A stretch of 64,000 nt of DNA from Firmicutes bacterium HGW-Firmicutes-9 (GTDB lineage Bacteria; Bacillota; Clostridia; Christensenellales; CAG-138), in NCBI GenBank assembly GCA_002841395.1, contig PGZM01000002.1, positions 68,201-132,200 of the forward strand, written 5' to 3'. Positions 46,537-56,069 of the stretch are shown in pieces. Both the position numbers and the translations under genes were made by a program. A model generated the notes under the pieces. The model was not told the origin of the DNA. It saw only the letters and a list, made by a program, of their open reading frames with translations, and did not search any database. Within the stretch, counting starts at the first letter, position 1; every line of letters begins with the position of its first letter.

Positions 46537-46650
46537 ATGCCATCTTCTGATATAATCTCTGGAAAATGTAAGTTGTGACGCACGCAATGGGATTGTTTAT
46601 CTTAAACGCTAATGATACTAGAAACACCTTATAGATGTGAGGAGCAAATC

Positions 46651-47370
46651 ATGAAATCCCGAAAAATCGGCATCATCACTGCGACGGAATTTGAGTTGAC
46701 TCCTTTTCTTCAAAACATGACGGTCATTGAGACTGTTCCGAAAGCTTTGCTTCAATTTCATGTAGGAAAGTATGCGGAGGTTCCACTTGTCGCGGTTTTT
46801 TGCGGGATTTGCAAGGTGAACGTAGCAATAGGCGCGCAAATCCTGATCAGTGAATTTGATGTCACTGAAATCATTATGATCGGAGTTGCGGGTGCAATCG
46901 ACGAGACGCTCAATATTCTGGATACTGTGATCGCAGATCAGGTCACGTATCACGATTATGCGGGCGAGATTTTAACGAAGTTTCATCCGCGCTTGCAGCA
47001 ACCATACTTCATTACAGACGATTTGCTGAGGGGCAGAATCGCGATTGCCAATGCAGATGATTTAACTGTCTCAATCGGAAAGATGGTTACCGGAGAAGTA
47101 TTTATCGAAAAGGAAGGTCGCGAGGAGATCATTAAGAACCAGCATCCGAAATGCGTTGATATGGAGACGGCCAGTGTAGCACAGGTATGCTATGCAAGCG
47201 GCATTCCATTTGCCGCGATCCGCTCCATGAGCGATACACCGCACGAAAGCGGAATGGATGCGTTCTTCAAGTATGCACAGGCCGCGGCAGAGAAGTCGGT
47301 TCGTGTGCTTTGTCGTTATTTGGATACAGAGTTTTTCATGATGAAACAAAATCAAACATGCAGAGGATAA
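46651..47370 (+). CDS. mtnN: 5'-methylthioadenosine/S-adenosylhomocysteine nucleosidase-like (PNP_UDP_1 family)
   Basis: ORF trimmed to the ATG at 46651 after GAGGAG. KIGIITATEFE, GICKVNVA, GVAGA, DMETASVAQV and IRSMSD motifs. The gene is visibly AT-richer than its surroundings. Confidence 0.8.
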   Translation: MKSRKIGIITATEFELTPFLQNMTVIETVPKALLQFHVGKYAEVPLVAVFCGICKVNVAIGAQILISEFDVTEIIMIGVAGAIDETLNILDTVIADQVTYHDYAGEILTKFHPRLQQPYFITDDLLRGRIAIANADDLTVSIGKMVTGEVFIEKEGREEIIKNQHPKCVDMETASVAQVCYASGIPFAAIRSMSDTPHESGMDAFFKYAQAAAEKSVRVLCRYLDTEFFMMKQNQTCRG

Positions 47371-48251
47371 TCAAATTGGAGGAAGTTTTGCAGCTATACA
47401 TCGTAGACGCATTTACCGATCACATCTTCGGCGGGAACCAAGCTGGGGTTGTGCTTTTGCGCGAAGATCAGCCGTTTCCTGATGATCGCCTGATGCAAAA
47501 GATCGCAGCGGAGTTGAAACACTCCGAAACCGCGTTTGTAAAGCAGTTGGATCATCATACTTTCCAGCTTCGTTATTTCACGCCGGAAGGCGAGGTCGAG
47601 CTTTGTGGTCACGCGACGGTCTCCGCGTTTACGGTTCTGCGGGAGCAAGGGTGTATCGCCTGCGGCGACTTTGTCGCGCAAACGCTCTCGGGCAATCTGA
47701 GCGTGTCAGTTGAGCCGGACAAAATCTGGCTGGAGATGCCGCAAGGCGAGCTGATCCAAACGTTATCGGAAGACGAAGCGGCGCGCGCGTATGCCGCATA
47801 CGGTTTGAGCGCGTCGGATAGGGCGGGGGACATGCAACCAACCATCGTGAAAGTCGGGCTGGCCGATATCCTGCTGCCGGTGAACAGCAAAACAGCGCTG
47901 GATCACGCGATGCAGAACCGCGACGAAGTCGTTGCGTTTACGAGAGAGCTGGGTTCTGTCGGCGTGCATATGTTCTTCTGCCCGGTGGATGGAGAACCAA
48001 CCGCGCATTGCCGCAACTTTGCGCCGCTGTTCGGCATCGACGAGGAATCCGCGACAGGCACCTCCAACGCATCTTTGACGCATTATCTGCGCTTGCAGGG
48101 ACGTGTCAAGCCGTACGAAATGAATACGTTTGTGCAGGGCGAGGCGATGGGGAAACTATCAACGATCCTGAGTAAGGTTGATGAGCACGGTAAAATCTGG
48201 ATCGGCGGAAACGCCGTGATCTCCGTGCAGGGGACATTAAAACTTTCATAA
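47358..48251 (+). CDS. PhzF-family isomerase-like protein
   Basis: LYIVDAFTDHIFGGNQAGVV and ETAFV...LCGHAT motifs. The start is uncertain: ATG at 47358 overlaps the mtnN end, while TTG at 47388 follows GGAGGA. Confidence 0.8.
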   Translation: MQRIIKLEEVLQLYIVDAFTDHIFGGNQAGVVLLREDQPFPDDRLMQKIAAELKHSETAFVKQLDHHTFQLRYFTPEGEVELCGHATVSAFTVLREQGCIACGDFVAQTLSGNLSVSVEPDKIWLEMPQGELIQTLSEDEAARAYAAYGLSASDRAGDMQPTIVKVGLADILLPVNSKTALDHAMQNRDEVVAFTRELGSVGVHMFFCPVDGEPTAHCRNFAPLFGIDEESATGTSNASLTHYLRLQGRVKPYEMNTFVQGEAMGKLSTILSKVDEHGKIWIGGNAVISVQGTLKLS

Positions 48252-48314
48252 ATGAATGGTCTTGTTAGCAAACAGGAAAAGCAACATCAGAATACAGTTG
48301 GAGAAGCAATCATC

Positions 48315-49176
48315 ATGTACGAATTAAACCAGGTCACGGAACGCTGCTACTACATCCAAAGCCCCGCAAAGATCGGGCTGGTCAAACTCGATGGCAACGA
48401 TGTTTGCCTGATCGACAGCGGAAACGACAAAGAGACCGGCCGCAAGATCCGCCAGATTCTCGACGCGAACGGCTGGCGGCTGCGCGCAATCTATAACACG
48501 CACTCCAATGCGGATCACATCGGCGGCAACAAGTATCTGCAAACGCAGACAGGCTGCGATATCTTCGCGCCGGGTATTGAGCGGGATTTCACCGTGCATC
48601 CCGTGCTGGAGCCGTCGTTTCTCTATGGCGGGAAGGCACAAGTTTCTGGTGGCGCAGGAGAGCGAGGCGGACGAGCTCACGGCGGAGGCGATGCCGGATA
48701 ATTTGAGAATCCTGCCGCTGCCGGGGCACTTCTTTGATATGGTTGGCTACCGCAGTGCGGACGGTGTGGTGTATCTCGCGGACTGTCTTTCCAGTCAGGA
48801 AACGTTGGAAAAGTATCAGATCACGTTCGTCTATGACGTTGAGCAGTACCTGAAGACGCTGGAGATGGTCAAAACGCTCGACGCAAAGATGTTTATCCCC
48901 GCGCACGCGGCAGCAACGGAGGATATCGCGCCGCTCGCGCAGCTAAATATCGACAAGGTGTACGAGATCGCGGAGACAATCCTTCGCCATTGCGCCACGC
49001 CTGCGACGTTTGAGACAATCCTCCAGCAGCTATTCAACGCATTCAGGCTGAAGATGACCATCGAGCAGTATGTGCTCGTTGGCAGCACCGTGCGCTCTTA
49101 TCTCGCGTGGCTGAACGATTCTGGTCGCGCGGAGTATTTCTTTGAAAACGCGCAAATGCTCTGGAGGGCGAAGTAG
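48315..49176 (+). pseudogene. MBL-fold metallo-hydrolase interrupted by a frameshift near 48629-48640
   Basis: Frame A (ATG at 48315) encodes YELNQ...NTHSNADHIGGN...EPSFLYGG, then runs into a Gly/Ala-rich tail and stops at 48701. The +1 frame continues the family-like sequence HKFLVAQES...LPLPGHFFDMVGY...IPAHA through to 49176. Confidence 0.7.
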
Positions 49177-49192
49177 ACAAGAAGGGTATTGT

Positions 49193-49834
49193 ATGGATAA
49201 TGGCAGAGATTACTGGGATGGCGAATGGAACTCTCAAACGATCGATGAGTATCAATCGCACATAGAATTTCATTTGCGCGCAAAACCTTGGTTTTTGAGT
49301 ACCTTCCAAAATCAAGGCGTAAAGAATGTCTGCGATGCCGCTTGTGGATTTGGCGCATATAGCGCAATGCTGTCTACAAACGGGTTTCAGGTTTCTGGAT
49401 TTGACATTTCAGCTTCAGCCGCAAATATCACAAAAATGCTTCTGGATAGGAACCGGCTCAAGTATGCTGAGTATCAAGTATGCGATATCTGCAAAATCAA
49501 CTATGAGGATGAACGGTTCGACGCGGTTGTAGCACATGCCGTGATCGATCACGTTACTTTGGAATCAGCAAAAACCGCCATAGATGAGTTGATTCGCATC
49601 ACAAAGAACGGCGGTTTGGTGTATCTTTCATTTGATCCACTAGAACAAGACGATCTTCTTGAACCACACGATGTTTTAAACGATGGCAGCTTTTTCTTCA
49701 AAGAAGGAAACCGAAAAGGCTTGCTGTTTCGTTTCTACAAAGCGCAGGAAATCAAGGCGCTAGTGCAAGATTATCATGTTCTTGAATGGCGTTGCAGTAG
49801 TAGAGGCGAACGAAGTATTCTTTTAATGAAATAG
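49193..49834 (+). CDS. Class I SAM-dependent methyltransferase
   Basis: ORF trimmed to the ATG at 49193. Motif I VCDAACGFG, then GFDIS. AT-rich gene. Confidence 0.8.
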   Translation: MDNGRDYWDGEWNSQTIDEYQSHIEFHLRAKPWFLSTFQNQGVKNVCDAACGFGAYSAMLSTNGFQVSGFDISASAANITKMLLDRNRLKYAEYQVCDICKINYEDERFDAVVAHAVIDHVTLESAKTAIDELIRITKNGGLVYLSFDPLEQDDLLEPHDVLNDGSFFFKEGNRKGLLFRFYKAQEIKALVQDYHVLEWRCSSRGERSILLMK

Positions 49835-49856
49835 AATAAAGATTGGATACATGAGA

Positions 49857-49900
49857 AGCGACTATCATATAATTAATTTTGGTAGTCGCTTTTGTTATTT
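49857..49900 (+). terminator. Terminator-like hairpin
   Basis: AGCGACTA...TAGTCGCT with an 18-nt loop, followed by TTTGTTATTTT. Confidence 0.45.
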
Positions 49901-50077
49901 TAACGACACTATGATATGATAATGTCACAGAACGAAGCAAACTTATACGCTATGATTGCTCTGTAGACATATCCACGGCCGTGTCTGCAAGCAGGATGAA
50001 ACGTTAGCAAGGCGACTGAACAGGGTTGCCACGTGGTGGGATGGGCTGTGATCTTCAACATTCTGAAAGGAGCCTAT

Positions 50078-51340
50078 ATGAAATCCAATAAACGCTTCGC
50101 GATCATAGCTGTCGTCCTGGCTCTTGCCCTTTTTGCGACAGCCTGTAGTTTCAGTGTCAGTACTGCAAATATTCAAGATGCAATCATGACCAACAGTATT
50201 GACGCAGATGGAAAGCCCGGAGAAGAGGTTGTGTCTTTTCCCACAGATGCTTCCATACTCTACGTCTCAGCAAAACTTCGTAACGCACCCGACAATACTC
50301 AGGTCAAATTTGTCTGGACGTATGTTACGGATAATCAGAAATTAGGAGAGATCGTCGTCGACAGCGGCGATATTTCCGATCGTTATATCTATTCAAACAT
50401 TGAGCCGACTGTGCTGCTACCGATAGGCGACTACATGGTGCAAATCTTCATAGATGAGCGCAAAGAGCCGGATGCAACAGTGAAGTTTGTCGTTGTTGAA
50501 GCGCAAACGAAGGAAGAAGTCGTCAGCAGCGCATATCTGGAAGATACGCATATGACGACCGCGGTCGACGACAACGGCTATCCGGTTGACAGCGTCATCA
50601 CATTACCGACCACCGGAACCTGGTACGTTTCTTCGATTCTGCAAAACACACAGCCGGACACGATCATCACCTACACTTGGCTCGATACCAATGGAAATAT
50701 AATCACTTCCTACGATTTTGATCCGCAAGGTGACGCGGATATATACATCTTCGGAACGTTGGAGCTAAACAGTGAAGCGCCGGAAGGACAGTATCGCGTT
50801 GAGATCTACATTGATGGCGCGAGTGCACCTGCCGCTACGGTTGACTTTACTGTCAGCAAGAAACCGGTGGTTACTTCCGGATTCAAGCTCTATTCTCAGC
50901 AAGCAGGCGGCTATTCGTTCGAATATCCAGGCGATTGGCTATATATCGAGTACTTAGATAACATGGCTGTTTTGGTCTATCCAGATGAATACAGTGTAGT
51001 CGGCCAAGGTGATCTGAATGCAGTTTATGTCTACAAAGATGAAGGCAGGGCTTCCAGCTATACAATCGATACGCTCTTGCAAGCGTGGGTTGATGAGACG
51101 AGCGAGGAAGGCATTGAGAACTACGTATATGACGCGCAGTCGGTGAGTACGATCGGTGGCAAAGATTACGCTGCCTTTTCCTACTACTGGACCAGAGGCG
51201 AATATCAACTCATCACGGTTGATGTGCTGCTTTTAGACGGTGCAGACTTCTACGTATTGAAGCTTGTCGTGACACAGGACAATTATGATATGCTATATCC
51301 GTTGTTTGAGCACATGGCAATTTCCTTTGAAATTCTCTAA
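50078..51340 (+). CDS. Lipoprotein with two tandem ~110-aa repeats and a distinct C-terminal domain
   Basis: ORF trimmed to the ATG at 50078 after AAAGGAG. Signal plus lipobox LFATAC. Repeats end in ...VKFVV and ...VDFTV. AT-rich gene. Confidence 0.75.
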   Translation: MKSNKRFAIIAVVLALALFATACSFSVSTANIQDAIMTNSIDADGKPGEEVVSFPTDASILYVSAKLRNAPDNTQVKFVWTYVTDNQKLGEIVVDSGDISDRYIYSNIEPTVLLPIGDYMVQIFIDERKEPDATVKFVVVEAQTKEEVVSSAYLEDTHMTTAVDDNGYPVDSVITLPTTGTWYVSSILQNTQPDTIITYTWLDTNGNIITSYDFDPQGDADIYIFGTLELNSEAPEGQYRVEIYIDGASAPAATVDFTVSKKPVVTSGFKLYSQQAGGYSFEYPGDWLYIEYLDNMAVLVYPDEYSVVGQGDLNAVYVYKDEGRASSYTIDTLLQAWVDETSEEGIENYVYDAQSVSTIGGKDYAAFSYYWTRGEYQLITVDVLLLDGADFYVLKLVVTQDNYDMLYPLFEHMAISFEIL

Positions 51341-51360
51341 CTGCTTTAAGCAAACACAGG

Positions 51361-51394
51361 CCGCGGGTTGCCCAAAACGACTCGCGGTTTTTTG
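51361..51394 (+). terminator. Intrinsic terminator
   Basis: CCGCGGGT / ACTCGCGG (one G-U pair), 11-nt loop, T6 tail. Confidence 0.6.
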
Positions 51395-51490
51395 TTACCT
51401 TTTTCTTGTAAAAAAGACATTGCACGGGTTGGACATCAACCGCGAAAATGTGTTATGATCCACTGAGCAACGCAAAAGGAAGTACATAGA

Positions 51491-51943
51491 ATGAACCCGA
51501 CAGAGAAGAGTCAACTGGCAAAACGTTACTTTGAAGAGGGATATAACTGCGCGCAGTCCGTGCTGCTCGCGTTTTGCAAGGAAACCGGCCTTTCCATCGG
51601 TCAGGCGGCAAAGCTTGCCTCCACGTTTGGCGGCGGCATGGGGCGCATGCGCGAAGTATGCGGCGCGGTCAGCGCGATGTTTATGATTCAAGGCTTGATG
51701 GAAGGATATACCGACCCGAAAGCGAAAGAAGAGAAAGCAGAGCTCTACGCGCGCGTTCGCGACGTTGCGGAGCGGTTCCGCGAGAAAAATCACTCCATCA
51801 TCTGCCGGGATCTATTGATCGACGTGCAGACCACCCCAGGCGGCGTGCCCGAGGAGCGGACGCAAGAATACTACGAGCGTCGTCCCTGCGGCTGTTATGT
51901 AGAGGACGCAGCAGGATTGATCGCGGAAGCGTTGAACGCATAA
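51491..51943 (+). CDS. C_GCAxxG_C_C family putative redox protein
   Basis: 150 aa: YNCAQS, EVCGAVSA, IICRDL, RPCGC. Confidence 0.85.
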   Translation: MNPTEKSQLAKRYFEEGYNCAQSVLLAFCKETGLSIGQAAKLASTFGGGMGRMREVCGAVSAMFMIQGLMEGYTDPKAKEEKAELYARVRDVAERFREKNHSIICRDLLIDVQTTPGGVPEERTQEYYERRPCGCYVEDAAGLIAEALNA

Positions 51944-51978
51944 CCCTATTGCAATCGTTCCGAAAGGAGGAGCGTGGA

Positions 51979-52512
51979 ATGCCGATTTTTGCGCATGGCG
52001 TCACAAAAAACAAGCTAACGATTCTCTATTATCTGCGCGCTTCCCGGGTCGATATCACACGGGAGCAGCTGTATCGCGTCATGGTCGAAAACGATACCAT
52101 GAGCTATTTTGATTATCAGGCCTGCATGCATGAGCTGGAGGAGGACGCGTTTATCGCGGCGCTACCGAAGTCGTTCGGTCAGGCATATCGCCTCTCGGTG
52201 CGCGGCGCGGATGTGCTGGAGCAGTTTGTCGAGAGCCTGCCTGTTTCCCTGCGTGAGCGGCTGGAACGATATGCAAGCGAACACAGGGAAGAGATGCTGC
52301 TACAAACGCAGATTGTTTCAGAGATGGAGGAGCTTCCCTCTGGCGGATATCTCGTGCATCTGCGCGCGCTGGAGAAAGACGCTGCGGTGATGGAGCTCAC
52401 GCTTCGCGTTGCCACGCGGGATATGGCGCAGCGAATGCGCGCAAACTGGGAAAAGGAATCAGAGCCGCTCTATTCGTCTCTGCTGACCACTTTGCTCAAA
52501 AGTGATAACTAA
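51979..52512 (+). CDS. DUF4364 family protein
   Basis: ORF trimmed to the ATG at 51979 after AGGAGGAG. 177 aa: KNKLTILYYLRASRVDITREQLYRVMVEND. Confidence 0.75.
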   Translation: MPIFAHGVTKNKLTILYYLRASRVDITREQLYRVMVENDTMSYFDYQACMHELEEDAFIAALPKSFGQAYRLSVRGADVLEQFVESLPVSLRERLERYASEHREEMLLQTQIVSEMEELPSGGYLVHLRALEKDAAVMELTLRVATRDMAQRMRANWEKESEPLYSSLLTTLLKSDN

Positions 52513-52533
52513 AGAATGCAACTCTGCGCAAAT

Positions 52534-52565
52534 AAAAAAGAGCCGTGAGGCTCTTTTGTGTTTTA
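52534..52565. terminator. Bidirectional intrinsic terminator
   Basis: AAAAGAGCC-GTGA-GGCTCTTTT between convergent genes. Confidence 0.8.
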
Positions 52566-52570
52566 CTAAC

Positions 52571-53221
52571 TTATTTCCCGCAACGCAGATCGCGAATCAT
52601 TGCCATCGGATCACTCGCCTGAAACACTGCGCTGCCCGCGACCAATACGGTTGCGCCCGCGTCGATGCAAAGTTTTGCGGTCTCAGGATTGATACCGCCG
52701 TCGACTTCGATTTCGGTAGTTAGGCCGCGTTCATCGATCATTTTGCGCAGCTCAGCGATTTTTTCGACCGACTCGGGAATGAACTTTTGCCCGCCATAAC
52801 CGGGGTTGACGGACATGACCAGCACAAGATCGCAATACGGCAGCACTTCCTTTGCCGCGATTGCAGGCGTGCCGGGGTTTAGGACGACGCCGGCTTTGCG
52901 TCCGGCTTCGTGAATCTGCTGCAGCGAGCGGTGCAGGTGAGCCTCCGCCTCTACGTGGATCGTGATGATGTCCGCTCCCGCATCTAAAAACCACGGGATA
53001 AAGCGCGAAGGTTCTTTCACCATCAAATGCGCGTCGATCGGCAGCTTTGTCAGCGGGCGGATGGAGGAGAGGATCGGCGGCCCGAACGAGAGATTCGGCA
53101 CAAAATGTCCGTCCATTACGTCAAAGTGTACCCAGTCAGCCTGCCAGTCGGACAGTGAAGCGACGTCGCGGCCGAGGTTTGAAAAGTCCGCCGCGAGGAT
53201 AGAAGGGGCAATTTTGATCAT
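52571..53221 (-). CDS. rpe: Ribulose-phosphate 3-epimerase
   Basis: 216 aa: IAPSILAADF, HFDVMDGHFVPN, MSVNPGYGGQKF. Confidence 0.95.
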   Translation of the reverse strand: MIKIAPSILAADFSNLGRDVASLSDWQADWVHFDVMDGHFVPNLSFGPPILSSIRPLTKLPIDAHLMVKEPSRFIPWFLDAGADIITIHVEAEAHLHRSLQQIHEAGRKAGVVLNPGTPAIAAKEVLPYCDLVLVMSVNPGYGGQKFIPESVEKIAELRKMIDERGLTTEIEVDGGINPETAKLCIDAGATVLVAGSAVFQASDPMAMIRDLRCGK

Positions 53222-53316
53222 AACGATCTCCTTTGATTATCATTGAAACTCTTTTTAAGTAGTTAATCGTACTTAATCTTGCGCTTTTCTTTGATTTCTA
53301 TGCGTTAATAATTCTC

Positions 53317-54189
53317 TTAATCATACTTGTGCTTGCGTTTCTCTTCGATCTCTTTTTGAATCTCCAGATACCGCGCATATCGTCCCTGCGAAAGCTTGCC
53401 TTCTGCTAACAGCGCTTTTACCGCGCAGTCCGGCTCGGCATTGTGGCGGCATCCGGAGAATCGGCATTGGGTGTAGACACCGTTGAATTCCGGATAGCAG
53501 AGATTTAACTCATCCTGCGTGAGTTCGCTCAACTCAAAGAGAGAGAAACCCGGTGTATCGAGCACTGCGCCGCCGAGAAACGGCCAGAACTCCGCCTGAC
53601 GCGTTGTGTGCTTGCCGCGATCCGTGCGCTTGGCGAGTTCGCCTGTTTCCAACGAAAGCTGCGGAAACAGCGCGTTGAGCAGCGACGATTTACCGACTGC
53701 GGATTGCCCCGCAAAGCAGGATACGCGCTTGGTCAGTGCGGCTTCCAGTGCGTCGATTCCCTCGCCCGTACGGGAGGATACCAGTAGTGTTCGAAACGCC
53801 GAATACACGTCTAGAAACTCCTCGGAAATCTCCGATTTTGCCGCATCGATCTTGTTGAGCACGATGAGCGGCTCAATCTTGAGCGTTGCCGCCTGAATCA
53901 GTAGTTTATCTGCCAACAGGAAGTCCGGTTTCGGCACGCTGGCGGAGAGTACGATGACCAGTAGATCGATGTTCGCAACCGGCGGACGGAGCAGCGCGTT
54001 TGTCCGCGGTAAGATTTCATCCATCGAAGCAAATCCTGTTTCGGGGAACGACAGCTCGACCAGATCGCCGACCATGGGGGACACGCCCTCGTTGCGAAAT
54101 CTGCCGCGCGCTTTGCAGCGCACCGTTTCGCCGTCCTGGAGCAGCACGTCGTAAAATCCGCCGACGCCTCTGATAATTCTACCTTGCAT
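53317..54189 (-). CDS. rsgA: Ribosome small-subunit-dependent GTPase A
   Basis: 290 aa. LNKIDA, GQSAVGKSSLLN and the C-terminal zinc motif CRFSGCRHNAEPDCAV. Confidence 0.95.
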   Translation of the reverse strand: MQGRIIRGVGGFYDVLLQDGETVRCKARGRFRNEGVSPMVGDLVELSFPETGFASMDEILPRTNALLRPPVANIDLLVIVLSASVPKPDFLLADKLLIQAATLKIEPLIVLNKIDAAKSEISEEFLDVYSAFRTLLVSSRTGEGIDALEAALTKRVSCFAGQSAVGKSSLLNALFPQLSLETGELAKRTDRGKHTTRQAEFWPFLGGAVLDTPGFSLFELSELTQDELNLCYPEFNGVYTQCRFSGCRHNAEPDCAVKALLAEGKLSQGRYARYLEIQKEIEEKRKHKYD

Positions 54190-54194
54190 AGGTT

Positions 54195-56069
54195 TTATGG
54201 TTGTTTTGCCGCGAAGGCAAAGTCTTGTCGTTTGACGACCGCGCCGTCGCTGTACAGTATGACCTCACGCGTTCCTTCGATATCCGAAGTCGCGGTGAAG
54301 GAGATCGGAACCTTATCGCCCTTTTCGAGCGTAGATTCGAATAACACCCTGTAGTACGCAAAGCCGTTATAGGTTTCCTGCACAACCGCCATGACCTGCG
54401 TTCCGCTGCTGTCAACGTCGATGTTAAACGCAATGTCGGAAGAATACGCATATTCGGGCTTGCCGCAAACCGTGAGCATCACGGGCATCTCCGGCAAAAC
54501 CTGTGTTCCGGGCAGTGGATCCTGCAGATAAACCACGCCGTCCTCGACGATATTGCTCTCCGCGTAGCGTACAAAGATGTTGTTAAACGACGCGAGACGT
54601 AGCTGATCCAAGATCAGGTTCAGCGGAAGATCCATCGAATGCGGCATATCAAACGTCGTTTCAGAGGACGCGCTGATGACGATGTCGACGACCTGTCCGT
54701 TGGTGGTTTCCGTCTCCGGCGGCAAGGATTGTTCGCATACATATCCGATTGCGATCTCTGAAATGCGATAGCTGACGCTGCCGAGCACGAGTCCGTTTTC
54801 TTCCAGCGTATGACGCGCTTCATCAGGGGAGAGACCGATCAGGTTTGGCACTTTCGGCGCAGCTGGCCCAAGGCTCACGATGCCGTAGATCACGGTGCCG
54901 CGCTTGGCGCGCAATCCGCCTTCCGGCGTCTGCATGATCACGTCTCCGCTGGCTACGGTGTCGCTGTTTTCATAATCCTGAATTTCAAACGTAAAGCCAA
55001 AGTTCTCTGCGCGGGATTTCGATTCTTCAACCGAGCGGTCGACCAGCGTCGGCACCATCTCAAATTCGTCCGATTCGGTCTGATACACGCCTCTTAGTAT
55101 GAGAAACACGCCGATCAAAATCGCGATAAGCGCGGCAACGGAAAGGCCGATTCGTTGCGCACCGTGCGCAGACTTTTTAGGAGCAGGCTTTTTCGGCTGC
55201 TGCGGCTTTGCGGTCGGAATAAAACGCGCGAAGTCGCCCGTGGGCTCTTTCAACGCGCGGCGCAGATGCGCGCTCATCTCGTTTGCCGCGTTGTAGCGGC
55301 GGCTGACGTCTTTATTGAGCGCGCGCATGATGACGTCGTTGAGTGCGGGGGATATCTTGTTGCTCAGCTCGATTGGCTGAACCGGAATGTCGCTGATATG
55401 CTTAAGCGCGATGGCGACGGAGGTGTCCCCGTCAAACGGTACGCGACCTGTCAGCATTTCGTAGAGCATGATGCCCGCGGAATAGAGGTCGCTTCCTTCG
55501 TTAACGGGCAAACCTTTTGCCTGCTCCGGCGAAAGATAGTGCACCGAACCCAGCACGGTAGAGCCCGCGAAGGTGACGGTATTTGCGTCTACTTCGCGCG
55601 CGATGCCGAAGTCCATGAGCTTGACCTTGCCGCTTTGCATGACGATGACGTTCTGCGGCTTGATGTCGCGGTGGATGATGCCCGCCGCGTGCGCGGCGTC
55701 GAGCGCATCGAGCACCTGCACGACGAGAGCAACCGCGATGCGCGAAGGCATCGGGCCGTTTTCGTCGATGATTTCTTTGAGCGTGCGTCCGTCTACATAT
55801 TCCAGCACGATATACGGAAGCCCATCGGTTTCGCCAACGTCGAATGCGCGCACGATGTTTTCGTGCGAAAGGTGCAAAACTGCGCGCGCTTCGCGCTCAA
55901 ACCGGCGCAAAAACTCCGCGTCGTTGCGAAATTCGTCCTTGAGTACCTTGATGGCGACGATCTTGCGGGAGCTAAGGTTGACGGCGCGGTAAACATGCGC
56001 CATGCCGCCGGTTCCGATGATGTCGATGATACGATAACGATGGCCGATGATGGTTCCCTGTGCTATCAT
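54195..56069 (-). CDS. prkC: PASTA-domain Ser/Thr protein kinase
   Basis: 624 aa. HRDIKPQNV, DFGIA, one TM segment, and three PASTA-like repeats plus a C-terminal domain. Confidence 0.95.
   Translation of the reverse strand: MIAQGTIIGHRYRIIDIIGTGGMAHVYRAVNLSSRKIVAIKVLKDEFRNDAEFLRRFEREARAVLHLSHENIVRAFDVGETDGLPYIVLEYVDGRTLKEIIDENGPMPSRIAVALVVQVLDALDAAHAAGIIHRDIKPQNVIVMQSGKVKLMDFGIAREVDANTVTFAGSTVLGSVHYLSPEQAKGLPVNEGSDLYSAGIMLYEMLTGRVPFDGDTSVAIALKHISDIPVQPIELSNKISPALNDVIMRALNKDVSRRYNAANEMSAHLRRALKEPTGDFARFIPTAKPQQPKKPAPKKSAHGAQRIGLSVAALIAILIGVFLILRGVYQTESDEFEMVPTLVDRSVEESKSRAENFGFTFEIQDYENSDTVASGDVIMQTPEGGLRAKRGTVIYGIVSLGPAAPKVPNLIGLSPDEARHTLEENGLVLGSVSYRISEIAIGYVCEQSLPPETETTNGQVVDIVISASSETTFDMPHSMDLPLNLILDQLRLASFNNIFVRYAESNIVEDGVVYLQDPLPGTQVLPEMPVMLTVCGKPEYAYSSDIAFNIDVDSSGTQVMAVVQETYNGFAYYRVLFESTLEKGDKVPISFTATSDIEGTREVILYSDGAVVKRQDFAFAAKQP

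Noticed and set aside
48508-49176. The 222-aa ORF as an independent gene starting at its first ATG/GTG.
   Set aside because: Its first ~40 codons overlap, out of frame, the well-supported N-terminal half of the MBL hydrolase and translate to nonsense-like sequence. It is the downstream half of a frameshifted gene.
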